The translations under genes were made by a program, and so were the position numbers. The notes under the pieces were generated by a model, which was given only the letters and a program-made list of their open reading frames with translations, did no database searches and was not told the origin of the DNA. Below are positions 9,191 through 18,882 of a stretch of DNA of 64,000 bases, one piece after another (positions within the stretch are counted from its first letter, which is position 1; each line of letters begins with the position of its first letter). This stretch comes from an uncultured Candidatus Saccharibacteria bacterium. GTDB taxonomy: Bacteria > Patescibacteriota > Minisyncoccia > Phycocordibacterales > PALSA-1337. Location of the stretch: positions 9,825 to 73,824 of the forward strand of contig CAYPPJ010000004.1 of the NCBI GenBank assembly GCA_964412585.1, given 5' to 3'.

Positions 9191-10133
9191 GACAGATCTT
9201 GTATGCCACATCACTTCCACAGGGACATGGGCCATTCTTCAATTCTGCCATACCCTGCTCAATAGTGACCATCGGTTTCCAACCAAGTAGTTTCTTGGCT
9301 AGTGAATTATCAGCAAGCGTATCGCGAGGTTCAAGCCGCGCTGGAATATGAGCAACCGGACCACCGATAAGCTCAGCAATGCGTTTGATAGATTGGTTTT
9401 TACCTGCCCCGATATTTATTGCCTCTCCTGCACCGACCTTTGTGCTTTTCATAGCCAACATATTCGCACGGACAACATCATGGACACTGGTGAAATCGCG
9501 AGTCTGCTTACCATCACCGGTGATAGTCATCGGCTTGCCCTGTGAACGAAGCTTCATAAAACGGGCAATAACCAAGGCATACGCACCTTCACTGCTCTGT
9601 CGAGGGCCGTAGACGTTAAAGTAACGCAGAGAAACGGTCTCAATGCCATATATATCGCTCCAAACCTTGCAATAGAGTTCGCCGATATATTTCTGAAGAC
9701 CATAGGGACTCTTTGGATTGGCAGGGGCTGTTTCCTGAAGCGGCATGTGTTTTTGGTCACCATAAGCCGAACTGGATGCTGAATAGATCACACGCTTGAC
9801 CCCTGCCGCCTGAGCAGCAACCAAGACGTTGAGAATACCATTGACGTTTGCCGCATGGGCCTCGAGTGGATGCTCGATTGAAAACTGGACGCGAGGCAGT
9901 GCGGCCAGATGAAAGACAAAAGTTGCCCCACGAAAAATAGGCTTAATAGAAGGCAGGTTGGTAATATCCTTCACATGCAAAGTTGCACGAGGATGAACAT
10001 TGGACTTCTTGCCAGCCGAAAGATTGTCAATAACATGCACGTCAAAACCGTCCTCAATCAATCGACTAGTTAGATGTGAGCCGATGAATCCTGCACCCCC
10101 TGTAACTATGACTTTTATTTTCTTTCTCGACAT
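9174..10133 (-). CDS. NAD-dependent sugar epimerase/dehydratase with C-terminal SEC-C motif
   Basis: TGGAGFIGS, YGLQK (YxxxK), LRYFNVYGPRQ, GKQTRDF; ends KNGPCPCGSDVAYKICHG. Confidence 0.92.
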   Translation of the reverse strand: MSRKKIKVIVTGGAGFIGSHLTSRLIEDGFDVHVIDNLSAGKKSNVHPRATLHVKDITNLPSIKPIFRGATFVFHLAALPRVQFSIEHPLEAHAANVNGILNVLVAAQAAGVKRVIYSASSSAYGDQKHMPLQETAPANPKSPYGLQKYIGELYCKVWSDIYGIETVSLRYFNVYGPRQSSEGAYALVIARFMKLRSQGKPMTITGDGKQTRDFTSVHDVVRANMLAMKSTKVGAGEAINIGAGKNQSIKRIAELIGGPVAHIPARLEPRDTLADNSLAKKLLGWKPMVTIEQGMAELKNGPCPCGSDVAYKICHGEKK

Positions 10134-10144
10134 TGTGTAAAAGA

Positions 10145-12778
10145 TTACTTACCAACACCATGACACTTCTTGTATTTTTTACCACTTCCGCATGGGCAGG
10201 GGTCATTTCTACCAACTTCAGGCTCTTTTGAGATACTTGACGAGGCCTTGGCGGAACCATCCCCCGCACCAATGATCTGAGCATTTTCTTTTACTTCTTT
10301 GAGATTTTTTGGCTGATTGTCTGTCGGTATGCCATTTACCATCGGTACAATGTGAGGCCAAACTTTCATGACCTGTGCCTGCATAGCTGTATTCATTTCT
10401 TTGAAAAGACGGAGACCCTCCTTTTTGTATTCAACCAATGGATCTCGTTGACCATAGGCACGCAGGTTGACGCTCGAACGCGTATAATCCATGACCTCGA
10501 GATGCTCGACCCAATACATATCGATAGCTTGCAAAAGTACAACACGAACAGCATTGAAAAAGTTATCGCGGCCAAATTTATCAACTTTTTCTTGTATAGG
10601 TGCGCTAAAATCAACAGGGGCAAATTCAATCGCCGGCCTCGCATGTGCCAATCTTACAGATTCGAATGCATCATTACGCTGTGAGGAAGGCGACCCACTT
10701 AATATAGCTTTAAGCTCATGTTCAACATCATCAATGTTCCCGAGCAACAGTTTCCTGCGACGTGCGTAGACACTCTTTCTCTGTGTATTGATAACATCGT
10801 CAAACTCCAGAACGTGTTTGCGTGAATCGAAGTTGAATCCCTCAATCTTTTCCTGCGCACTTTCGAGAGAGCGGGAAATGAGTTTGTGTTCGATCGGCTC
10901 GTCTTCAGCCACACCGAGTTTGCCCATCATAGACTTCATCATGTCCGAAGCGAAGACACGCATCAGAGTATCCTCCATAGATACGAAGAACTGCGTCTCA
11001 CCTGGATCTCCTTGGCGGCCAGAACGACCACGGAGCTGGTTGTCGATACGGCGTGCTTCGTGGCGTTCAGTTCCGAGGACGAATAAACCACCAACCGACT
11101 TTATTTCTTCGTAAAGTTCTGGGGTATTCGGGTTGCCACCGAGCTTGATATCGACACCGCGACCCGCCATGTTGGTAGCTATAGTGACAGCTCCCTTTTT
11201 TCCTGCTTGGGCGATAATCTCACCTTCACGCTCGTGGTTCTTGGCATTGAGCATCTGGTGAGGTACACCTTCTGCCTTCAAAAATTGTGAGAGTAACTCG
11301 TTTTTTTCAATCGAGACAGTGCCAATAAGAACAGGTTGCCCTTTTGCATGCAGCTCTTTTACTTTACGCGAGAGAGCCTTGAATTTACCCAACTCCGTTT
11401 GGAAAATTTGGTCATTACGGTCGAGACGGACTGGCTGTCGATTGGTAGGCACCACGCAGACTTCAAGACCATAGACTTTGAAAAACTCCTCTGCTGAAGT
11501 AGCAGCTGTACCTGTCATACCAGAAATCTTTGGGTACATACGGAAAAAGTTCTGGAACGTGATAGAGGCGTAGGTGCGAGACTCTTGCTGGACACTGACT
11601 CCTTCCTTTGCCTCAATAGCCTGGTGCAGACCATCGGACCAGCGGCGGCCTGGCTGCATACGACCGGTAAATTCATCGACAATAACAATCTGATTGTCCT
11701 TCACGACATATTCCTTGTCCCTCTGATAAATGGCCTGCGCCTTGATGGCAGTCTCCAAATGATGAACAGACTTGATGCCCTTGTCAGTATAAATATTATC
11801 AACACCAAGCATTTTTTCTGCCTTGGTGATACCGTCTGAGGTAAGTGAGATCGATTTGAACTTTTCATCGACGGTATAATCCTGGTCTTTAACAAAAGAA
11901 AGGACCATTGATGCAAACTGCTTGTAGGTCGTTTCAGCATCCCTCGTCGGAGCAGAAATAATAAGTGGTGTACGCGCCTCATCGATAAGAATAGAGTCTA
12001 TCTCGTCGACGATGGCATAGTTTGGCTCGCGTTGGCGCAAGCGATCTGGCGTGTATTCGAGGTTGTCGCGAAGATAATCGAAACCAAACTCATTGTTTGT
12101 GCCATAGGTAATATCTGCATTGTATGCTTCCTTGCGTGTTACAGGACGAAGAAACTCATGGACCACCTTGAAAGCGCCTGTCTCATCGCGTTCTTTATCA
12201 GTCGCATCTGCGGAAATACCTTCGGGAGCCTTTTCTTTGTGAGTTGAATCATACAAATAACTCGCCTCGTTATTGAGCACGCCAACAGTAAGTCCAAGAA
12301 ATGAATAAATCTGACCCATCCATGCCGCATCACGACGTGACAAGTAATCGTTGACTGTGACCACGTGCACACCTTTTCCAGTCAGTGCATTGAGATACGC
12401 AGGAAGGGTCGCCACGAGAGTCTTTCCTTCACCAGTCCTCATCTCGGCAATAGCACCAGAATTGAGCGCCATACCACCAAGAAGCTGTACGTCAAAGTGG
12501 CGCTGACCGAGAGTTCGACGAGATGCTTCGCGAACAACCGCGAATGCCTCAGGAAGAATCTCCTGTAACTTCTCATCCATTTTCTTTCGTGCATCTTCAC
12601 CAGGTCTCAAATCTCCAACCTCTAGTTTCTTTTTAAATTCATCAGTTTTTGCACGCAGTTCGACATCCGACAATGATTTGATTGCCGGCTCAAAAGCGTT
12701 TATCTTGGCCACGAAAGGCTCAAATTCTTTGACGCTTTTGGTGTTGGAGCGATTGAAAAGCTTGGATAAAAATGCCAT
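10145..12778 (-). CDS. secA: Preprotein translocase ATPase SecA
   Basis: [50 protein letters not shown], terminal [22 protein letters not shown] start at 12778. Confidence 0.99.
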   Translation of the reverse strand: MAFLSKLFNRSNTKSVKEFEPFVAKINAFEPAIKSLSDVELRAKTDEFKKKLEVGDLRPGEDARKKMDEKLQEILPEAFAVVREASRRTLGQRHFDVQLLGGMALNSGAIAEMRTGEGKTLVATLPAYLNALTGKGVHVVTVNDYLSRRDAAWMGQIYSFLGLTVGVLNNEASYLYDSTHKEKAPEGISADATDKERDETGAFKVVHEFLRPVTRKEAYNADITYGTNNEFGFDYLRDNLEYTPDRLRQREPNYAIVDEIDSILIDEARTPLIISAPTRDAETTYKQFASMVLSFVKDQDYTVDEKFKSISLTSDGITKAEKMLGVDNIYTDKGIKSVHHLETAIKAQAIYQRDKEYVVKDNQIVIVDEFTGRMQPGRRWSDGLHQAIEAKEGVSVQQESRTYASITFQNFFRMYPKISGMTGTAATSAEEFFKVYGLEVCVVPTNRQPVRLDRNDQIFQTELGKFKALSRKVKELHAKGQPVLIGTVSIEKNELLSQFLKAEGVPHQMLNAKNHEREGEIIAQAGKKGAVTIATNMAGRGVDIKLGGNPNTPELYEEIKSVGGLFVLGTERHEARRIDNQLRGRSGRQGDPGETQFFVSMEDTLMRVFASDMMKSMMGKLGVAEDEPIEHKLISRSLESAQEKIEGFNFDSRKHVLEFDDVINTQRKSVYARRRKLLLGNIDDVEHELKAILSGSPSSQRNDAFESVRLAHARPAIEFAPVDFSAPIQEKVDKFGRDNFFNAVRVVLLQAIDMYWVEHLEVMDYTRSSVNLRAYGQRDPLVEYKKEGLRLFKEMNTAMQAQVMKVWPHIVPMVNGIPTDNQPKNLKEVKENAQIIGAGDGSAKASSSISKEPEVGRNDPCPCGSGKKYKKCHGVGK

Positions 12779-12812
12779 ACGTAGAGGGCACTTTATCACA
12801 GTTTAGGACAAT

Positions 12813-12856
12813 AAAAAAGTGGCCGGACGCGGTGGTTGGTACTCACCGCGCCGGCC
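12813..12856 (-). terminator. Intrinsic terminator of the intergenic RNA
   Basis: GC stem GGCCGG-CGCGGTG / CACCGCG-CCGGCC followed by ACTTTTTT on the minus strand. Confidence 0.8.
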
Positions 12857-13024
12857 GACGCTAACACTACCGCACTTCAGTCGAACAACAATTCAATGAA
12901 GCGCAAAGCTCGAGTGAAGCTACATCCTCTAGGAAAGCCTTGAAGGAAACAAGGTGCGGGGTGCGAGATAAGCTATGGCTCACGCTTTGAGGAAAAACGT
13001 TTTGCCGCAATCAGCTTACGCCGT
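12813..13024 (-). ncRNA. Candidate 6S-like RNA (~170 nt rod plus terminator)
   Basis: Own sigma70 promoter and terminator; no credible ORF. Manual pairing gives a closing stem, a central bubble, two inner stems and an apical hairpin. Confidence 0.55.
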
Positions 13025-13029
13025 GGGAT

Positions 13030-13058
13030 ATACTAGCGCATCAAAGACAAACTGACAA
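13030..13058 (-). promoter_or_regulatory. Sigma70-type promoter TTGTCA-17-TAGTAT
   Basis: -35 at 13058-13053, -10 at 13035-13030, 17-nt spacer. Confidence 0.7.
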
Positions 13059-13065
13059 TGCAGAA

Positions 13066-14094
13066 TTAATTCACCCATTCAACTTCACCTTCAATCACAA
13101 TCCCTGTTTTTTCTTTGACCAACCTCATGAGCTCATGTGCAAGTTCAACAACTTCTTCTGATGTTGAACCTGGTTTCGTCACAAGAACAAGTGCCTGCTT
13201 TTCATACACACAAGCATTACCTTTACACAGTCCTTTTACATTGCACACCTTATCCAGAATCCAGCCAAGTGAAACTTTGACGCGACCATCGGGTTCTGGA
13301 AAACCCGGTAATGCAGGATACGTATTCTTAAGTCTCATAAAGTCATCCGATGAAATGATCGGGTTTTTGAAAAATGAACCAGCAGTCCCCCACAACTTCC
13401 AATCTGGCAGTTTGCCCCAACGTATCGAAATCACAGCCTCTCGCACATCCCTGAGCGTTGGTTGGGCAATGTTCTTTTGCATAAAATAGTCAGCCACATC
13501 CTTGTATGACATGTTGAGCACGCCATGAGGGTCGAGAGCAAAAAATACGCGAGTGATGATATATCTGCCTTTTTCTTTTTTAAACACACTGTCTCGATAT
13601 GAAAATGCGCAATCAGCATTGACCAAATCAACAAACTGTTTTGTCTTAGTATCAAACGCTCGCACATTACTGACTACGGACCCCACCTCAGCGCCATATG
13701 CTCCGATATTCTGAACTGGCGCGGCACCGACAGTTCCAGGGATAGCCGACAGATTTTCTATACCATACAAACCACGCTCGACCGCATAGTCGACAAAATC
13801 ATCCCACTGTTCACCAGCACCTGCAGAAATAATGCGTTTGCCAACACTCCCTTCTTCAATTTTCTCCTCGATACCCATGAGTTCCATCTTGATGACAAGC
13901 CCACCAAATCCTTCGTCACCGATGAGAAGATTTGATCCTCCCCCGAGTATGAACAGTGGTAGGTCTTTGTCACGTGCAAAGTGTACCGCCTCTACGATAT
14001 CAGCCTCAGTTGTCGCACTACAAAAAAAGCGGGCCGGTCCGCCAATTTTGAATGTCGTGTAAGCAGCCAAGGAAATATTCTCTTGTATCGTCAT
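13066..14094 (-). CDS. murB: UDP-N-acetylenolpyruvoylglucosamine reductase
   Basis: YTTFKIGGPA, GGGSN, ENLSAIPGTVGAAPVQNIGAYG, FSYRDS, AGSFFKNP. Confidence 0.97.
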   Translation of the reverse strand: MTIQENISLAAYTTFKIGGPARFFCSATTEADIVEAVHFARDKDLPLFILGGGSNLLIGDEGFGGLVIKMELMGIEEKIEEGSVGKRIISAGAGEQWDDFVDYAVERGLYGIENLSAIPGTVGAAPVQNIGAYGAEVGSVVSNVRAFDTKTKQFVDLVNADCAFSYRDSVFKKEKGRYIITRVFFALDPHGVLNMSYKDVADYFMQKNIAQPTLRDVREAVISIRWGKLPDWKLWGTAGSFFKNPIISSDDFMRLKNTYPALPGFPEPDGRVKVSLGWILDKVCNVKGLCKGNACVYEKQALVLVTKPGSTSEEVVELAHELMRLVKEKTGIVIEGEVEWVN

Positions 14095-14269
14095 GGGTGT
14101 GAATGAAAGTTCGGAAAAGTATATAGTTGTTTGCGCCGAATGATGGCGACGGGTGCGAGCTCCAAAATAAAATGTTTAAATTTAATGTGAGTACAGCCGT
14201 CGCCGTCATTTGGTACAATTCTGCCTTTTAGTATAACTTGACAAGAGCGTGCCATGCAAGTGGTGGTGA

Positions 14270-14378
14270 ACCCAAGAGCACGGCACAGGTGTGTCAAAGC
14301 GGAAATAGTAGCTACCACTCGAACCGCATACCACATCGTTTATTGTAGCGGCGACACACCTGTGCCGTGCTCTTGGGT
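14270..14378. repeat. Long palindromic element 1 (26-bp perfect inverted repeat)
   Basis: ACCCAAGAGCACGGCACAGGTGTGTC (14270-14295) pairs with 14353-14378; internal core GCATACCACATCGTTTA. Confidence 0.85.
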
Positions 14379-14532
14379 CAGATCTCGCGTCGGAAATTTC
14401 TACCGGCTTGCGCCGTCAGAAATCTTTCGACGTGAATTTTGCAATACAAAATTCACGCAAAAGCCCGCCGAGGGCGGGACTTTGCGAAACATTTATTTTC
14501 TGGAGAGTGCCCACACGGGTACTCACGTCAGT

Positions 14533-14561
14533 ATACTACCATATTTAGAGCATAGAATCAA
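14533..14561 (-). promoter_or_regulatory. Sigma70-type promoter TTGATT-17-(TGG)TAGTAT
   Basis: -35 at 14561-14556, extended -10 at 14538-14533; points into the structured region upstream of murB. Confidence 0.6.
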
Positions 14562-14576
14562 GGCATCTCTGACCAA

Positions 14577-14633
14577 GTTATCCCCATAGAGGGGATTGCT
14601 CCGCTCGGCAGCCTCGCCGGGTTATCCCCATAG
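14577..14633. repeat. 13-bp direct repeat flanking a REP-like 31-nt insert
   Basis: GTTATCCCCATAG at 14577-14589 and 14621-14633; the insert contains GATTGCTCCGCTCGGCAGCCTCGC. Confidence 0.6.
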
Positions 14634-14643
14634 GGAAATAGTC

Positions 14644-17052
14644 TTATTGGGTAACTTTCACCTCCTGAATCTGCTTTATGACCGCATCTACCTGATCTTT
14701 GTATTCAGGATGATCTTTTGCAATCTTGCGGACCAATTCTATTGCTTCCCATTTCCTATTGGCAAGAGTATATACCTCAACAAGTTGCATGCTCAACGGA
14801 ACACTCGTCGGATCGCGCTCGAGAAGTATCTTAAACAGGGCGATTGATTTATCGTATTGCTTGATTACCGCATATGCGTGTGCAGTACGATCATTTTCGA
14901 AGAGATTCATAGTCGATGACGCGACCGCCCGTGCTTCTGTATCACGTTTTGCAACCACGAGACCGAGTATGTATGCCTGCTTTGCATCTTGGAATGTCGG
15001 ATCAGCTTCGTACGCCTCTTTGAGAAGTTTGAGAGCGTCATCAATACGATTTATGCCGAGATAGACATTGGCCAACTGAATAGCAACCGTCTGTTTGTTC
15101 GGCGTAAGCTCATGAGCTTTTTCGAGTATAGGGAGTGCTTCGGCTGCCTGATTGAGGTTGCTCAAGAATGAACCCGCCAGCACGTATCCGCGCGCATCGC
15201 GAGGGGCGTATTCCATCTGCGCCTTTATCTGTTGAAGTGCGAGATCATAAAATGCCTGCTTGGTAGGACCTGGGTACTGTCGCGCGACAATGCCACCTGC
15301 GCATGACAAAATCTGTTCTCTAACCTCTTGGTCAGCTGTTGCTGACAGCGATAACGATTTGGTAAATAATTCCGGATCAGGAAGTGAGTTGCGTGAGCCA
15401 CATGATATCAGGGCATCGATCAGACGTGTATTGGCCTGAATCATGCGGACATTGAGGAAATACATACCACCCACAAAGATGATAATGGCAACCGGTAAGA
15501 CAATGTATTCGACCGCTTCAAGACTGAACGATTTTGATGATGCGCTTTGATCTGCACGCTTCGACGAAGCAGAGCCAGCGAAACCAAGAAGTGCAAAGAA
15601 GAATATGTAGCTTGCCAAGTTATCGAAGACAAAGAAGTTGTGTATACCATATCCTATCACCAACCCCGTAAGTACACTCTTTTGTGATACTGATAATGAC
15701 GATCTCCATACTGCAAGAATGATGAGAACATACAATGCAAGATACACAATAAGACCGACAGCACCTGAGGCAACCAGCCAATCAAGATACACATTGTGTG
15801 CTCGATCGAACCATTGCTCCTGATTCCACATCTTTGGATTGTAATTTGCGTTAAAGATGTAGTTGAAGTTTTCCTGACCCCATCCGAGGATTGGTCGCTC
15901 AGTAAAACCTTTGAGAGCCATGGGCCAAATATAGGCGCGAGCCTGCGTCTTCGTATCGGTAAGAGAAATTGAGGCAATACGATCGAGTGATGGGCTGTTT
16001 TTGACAAACGAAGCATCCTTTACCAAGTAGAATACTCCGCCAAGAATAAAGAACAATGCAATAATGCCGATACTGATCCAGCGACCACTACGTGCTGCTG
16101 GATACGGAACACTGCCTCGATTTTTGATCACATATACAATAAGAGCTATGAAATATATGAGTGCGAGAAGCGCCAACCACCATACCGAAAGTGCAAACAA
16201 TCCGAGGGCTAGCACGAACAACGCATACAGGGCGACGAGGAAAGGAAAACTCAAGATAATCAAAACCTTTTTGTAGTTCACCCCATTTACAAACAAGGCA
16301 TATGACGCACATGTCGCCACCAATCCTATTGCGAGTCCGATCAGCGTACCGCGAGTCTGTGTGAGAAGAATAATAATCGCAAAAATAATAGACAGTATCG
16401 GATATGCCCACTGAAGGAAACTGGCATTGGCAATCCCTTTTGCGCGAGCAACAAAAAACAAATACATTGAAACACCGATATGCATGAGCAAATACACAGC
16501 CAGGTATGCCGCGTTACCGAGTGAAGCATCCAAACGGGTACTACCCTGATGAATCTCTGCCCAACCGAACTGTTGGCACAGAGCATAGATAGTCACAATC
16601 GAAGCAATAACCAACGAGGTATTGAACCAACGGTGCCACAAACGCTTGCCCTCTTCGCCTGCTCCAAAGATACCTGATGCTGACATGAAGAAAGCCCACA
16701 AGTGCGCGATGACCAACCAACCTTCCATACGCTCAAAGTTCGACATGAGACTGCGGACAATGTTCACACCGAGAAGATCAGCCACCAAAGCTACGACCGC
16801 AAACAAGGTGATCCCTATGGTGAGCGCATTGAAACGAGGACGATAACGCGCATCGAGAAACGCAAGAACAGCCCAACAGACCAAGGCTATTTCAACCAAG
16901 ATGCGGAAATAAAAGGCTTTGCCTGTAATAAAGGGGAAAAACATCCCGTCAGGAAAATTGAGCGGCCATACGGGTGTTGGAAATAAGGCAAATATCGGAA
17001 TGAGAAACAGTGCTGACAGGCCAATAGCTCGAAGTATTTTCTGGAGATTCAT
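14644..17052 (-). CDS. O-antigen ligase (Wzy_C) family membrane protein with C-terminal TPR-like repeats
   Basis: Many TMs; SNFERMEG, SLGNAAYLA, TQTRG, RPILGWGQENF, DRAHNVYLDWLV; helical TPR-like tail. Confidence 0.88.
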   Translation of the reverse strand: MNLQKILRAIGLSALFLIPIFALFPTPVWPLNFPDGMFFPFITGKAFYFRILVEIALVCWAVLAFLDARYRPRFNALTIGITLFAVVALVADLLGVNIVRSLMSNFERMEGWLVIAHLWAFFMSASGIFGAGEEGKRLWHRWFNTSLVIASIVTIYALCQQFGWAEIHQGSTRLDASLGNAAYLAVYLLMHIGVSMYLFFVARAKGIANASFLQWAYPILSIIFAIIILLTQTRGTLIGLAIGLVATCASYALFVNGVNYKKVLIILSFPFLVALYALFVLALGLFALSVWWLALLALIYFIALIVYVIKNRGSVPYPAARSGRWISIGIIALFFILGGVFYLVKDASFVKNSPSLDRIASISLTDTKTQARAYIWPMALKGFTERPILGWGQENFNYIFNANYNPKMWNQEQWFDRAHNVYLDWLVASGAVGLIVYLALYVLIILAVWRSSLSVSQKSVLTGLVIGYGIHNFFVFDNLASYIFFFALLGFAGSASSKRADQSASSKSFSLEAVEYIVLPVAIIIFVGGMYFLNVRMIQANTRLIDALISCGSRNSLPDPELFTKSLSLSATADQEVREQILSCAGGIVARQYPGPTKQAFYDLALQQIKAQMEYAPRDARGYVLAGSFLSNLNQAAEALPILEKAHELTPNKQTVAIQLANVYLGINRIDDALKLLKEAYEADPTFQDAKQAYILGLVVAKRDTEARAVASSTMNLFENDRTAHAYAVIKQYDKSIALFKILLERDPTSVPLSMQLVEVYTLANRKWEAIELVRKIAKDHPEYKDQVDAVIKQIQEVKVTQ

Positions 17053-17117
17053 GGTTGTTATAAATTAATACGAGTAGCTTACACTATATTCTACAGAATG
17101 GAAATGTGTGCTCCTAC

Positions 17118-17831
17118 CTACCAGGTGCAGCCCTTCTTACGTAATTCGTTAAGCATGTATTCCGCTTTGATCCAGTCAAATGGCGTATCAATGTCTATTG
17201 AGCGGTCTTCAGAAACGACATGACCGACGATAGTATCACCAAACAGCCGATTGTCTTTCATAATAAGGTCGCGTCTCATAGCATAGACGGCTGAACTACG
17301 GCGATATGCTGGGGCAAGCCCTTGTCTACCTACACCTTCGGGCTCAGGCATGCAATACGGAATCACTTTGTTTCCTTCCAATTTTTTCATCTTGATCGGA
17401 TGCTCATGCGAATCAGCTCTTACGAGACTCACTCCGCTATCGGCACCCGATTCAATGAGAACTTTGAGAGTTTCATCAATATCCTCAGTGAGTCGAAATG
17501 GTGAAGTTGGTTGGAAAATGACGGTGTAATCAAAAACAATTCCCAATTTCTTTTCCATAAAATCGATGGCATGCTGCATAACGGGTAAATGTGGCGTCGT
17601 ATCTCCAGCCAATTCCTTTGGGCGCATAAAGGGCACGTCTGCACCATATTTTTGCGCAACCGCTGCAATCTCAGGATCATCAGTAGAGAGGATTGTATGA
17701 GTTATCAACTTGCTTTTCGAAGCAGCAATAACGCTATAGGCGATGAGCGGCTTATCACCAAGCATTTTTATGTTCTTACCAGGGATACCTTTCGATCCTC
17801 CACGAGCCGTAATTACACATAATATATTCAT
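17118..17831 (-). CDS. neuA: CMP-nonulosonate (acylneuraminate) cytidylyltransferase 1
   Basis: ITARGGSKGIPGKNIK, STDD, PFMRPKELA, QPTSPFR, SIDIDT. Confidence 0.92.
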   Translation of the reverse strand: MNILCVITARGGSKGIPGKNIKMLGDKPLIAYSVIAASKSKLITHTILSTDDPEIAAVAQKYGADVPFMRPKELAGDTTPHLPVMQHAIDFMEKKLGIVFDYTVIFQPTSPFRLTEDIDETLKVLIESGADSGVSLVRADSHEHPIKMKKLEGNKVIPYCMPEPEGVGRQGLAPAYRRSSAVYAMRRDLIMKDNRLFGDTIVGHVVSEDRSIDIDTPFDWIKAEYMLNELRKKGCTW

Positions 17832-17925
17832 GAGCTCATTATGTCTGATGTCTGTCCAAAAGCAAACATATTGACAAATTAACTTATTTTAGTTACAATT
17901 TATTTAAACTTTGAAAGATACACAT

Positions 17926-18834
17926 ATGATAGGTCAAACATGGATGAAATGGGCAGTCCTTGAAGCGGGCACAAAAACCGCTTCCAAGATGCTCCAAAAA
18001 GTAGTCGGCACCGTCAGTTCGACGTGGTCAGACACATTTCTTGCCGCAGCCGTCATCGGCTTTGTGCAGACGATTTTTGGTGGATTGATGATATGGAGGA
18101 ATCATATTCCCCTGTTTTCTCACCCTACCCAGATAATCGGCTGCTGCCTGTTCGGTCTGCTTGCGGTTGGCTCGACAGCTCTATCGTTCGGTGTGTTTCT
18201 GAATGGCGGTGAGATCGGAGTTAACACCTTCATCATCACTCTGTCCATTGTTCCGGAAGCATTCATCGATGCGATATTCTTCAAACACAAACTTACCGTG
18301 CGCGAACTCGTCGGCATCAGTGTTGCAATCATAGGCGGATACGTGATCCTGGGATCACCATCTCTCGCCGAACTCGCGCATATGCCTCTGTGGGTCTGGA
18401 TATCGTTTGCCACGACATTAACGATAGCGATCGGTCAAGGAGTCACCCGGCAACTCAAAGACGTCAGCCCCTTTGTCAAAAACTTCTGGGGCGGATTGAC
18501 TGGGCTGGTACTCTGCGGGTGTATCGTGATGGTAACTGGCGGATTTGATATGCACGGCCAGCTCCCACTGAAACTGTTGGTAACCTCCGCTGTGATCGGT
18601 CTCATCGTCGTCGGTATGTGGTCATTCAGTTTGATGAGCTACAAGGGCGGCGCCAGCATTGCACTCAAGAAATTGGTGACAAATGGTGTCTACCTAACAG
18701 CGGCCACCTGTGCAGGCGCCCTGTTCTTTGGTGAAAAACTAACCACTGGCACATGGATTGGCATCATGCTGTACTTCGTCGCTTTTGCACTTGTTGATGG
18801 AAGCACGTGGAAGGCGCTCACGCGAAAAAAGTAA
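17926..18834 (+). CDS. DMT/EamA-family transporter
   Basis: About 10 TMs in two repeats; FFKHKLT and FFGEKLT motifs. Own TTGACA-17-TACAAT promoter (17871-17899). Confidence 0.8.
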   Translation: MIGQTWMKWAVLEAGTKTASKMLQKVVGTVSSTWSDTFLAAAVIGFVQTIFGGLMIWRNHIPLFSHPTQIIGCCLFGLLAVGSTALSFGVFLNGGEIGVNTFIITLSIVPEAFIDAIFFKHKLTVRELVGISVAIIGGYVILGSPSLAELAHMPLWVWISFATTLTIAIGQGVTRQLKDVSPFVKNFWGGLTGLVLCGCIVMVTGGFDMHGQLPLKLLVTSAVIGLIVVGMWSFSLMSYKGGASIALKKLVTNGVYLTAATCAGALFFGEKLTTGTWIGIMLYFVAFALVDGSTWKALTRKK

Positions 18835-18848
18835 TGTCTCTCGACAGC

Positions 18849-18878
18849 ACGCACCCTTGGAAACGAGGGTGCGTTTTT
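18849..18878 (+). terminator. Intrinsic terminator
   Basis: ACGCACCCTTG-GAAA-CGAGGGTGCGT followed by a T run. Confidence 0.8.
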
Positions 18879-18882
18879 ATTT

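Noticed and set aside
14270-14378. Retron msr/msd or CRISPR interpretation of the hairpins
   Set aside because: No reverse transcriptase or cas gene in the window and no repeat-spacer periodicity.
14262-14434. tRNA/tmRNA (GGTTCGA, CCACCA) or hammerhead (CTGACGG..GAAA) resemblance
   Set aside because: No cloverleaf or acceptor stem; hammerhead core CUGANGA is not matched.
14091-14589. ORFs of 81 and 111 aa upstream of murB
   Set aside because: They run through inverted repeats and have non-protein-like composition.
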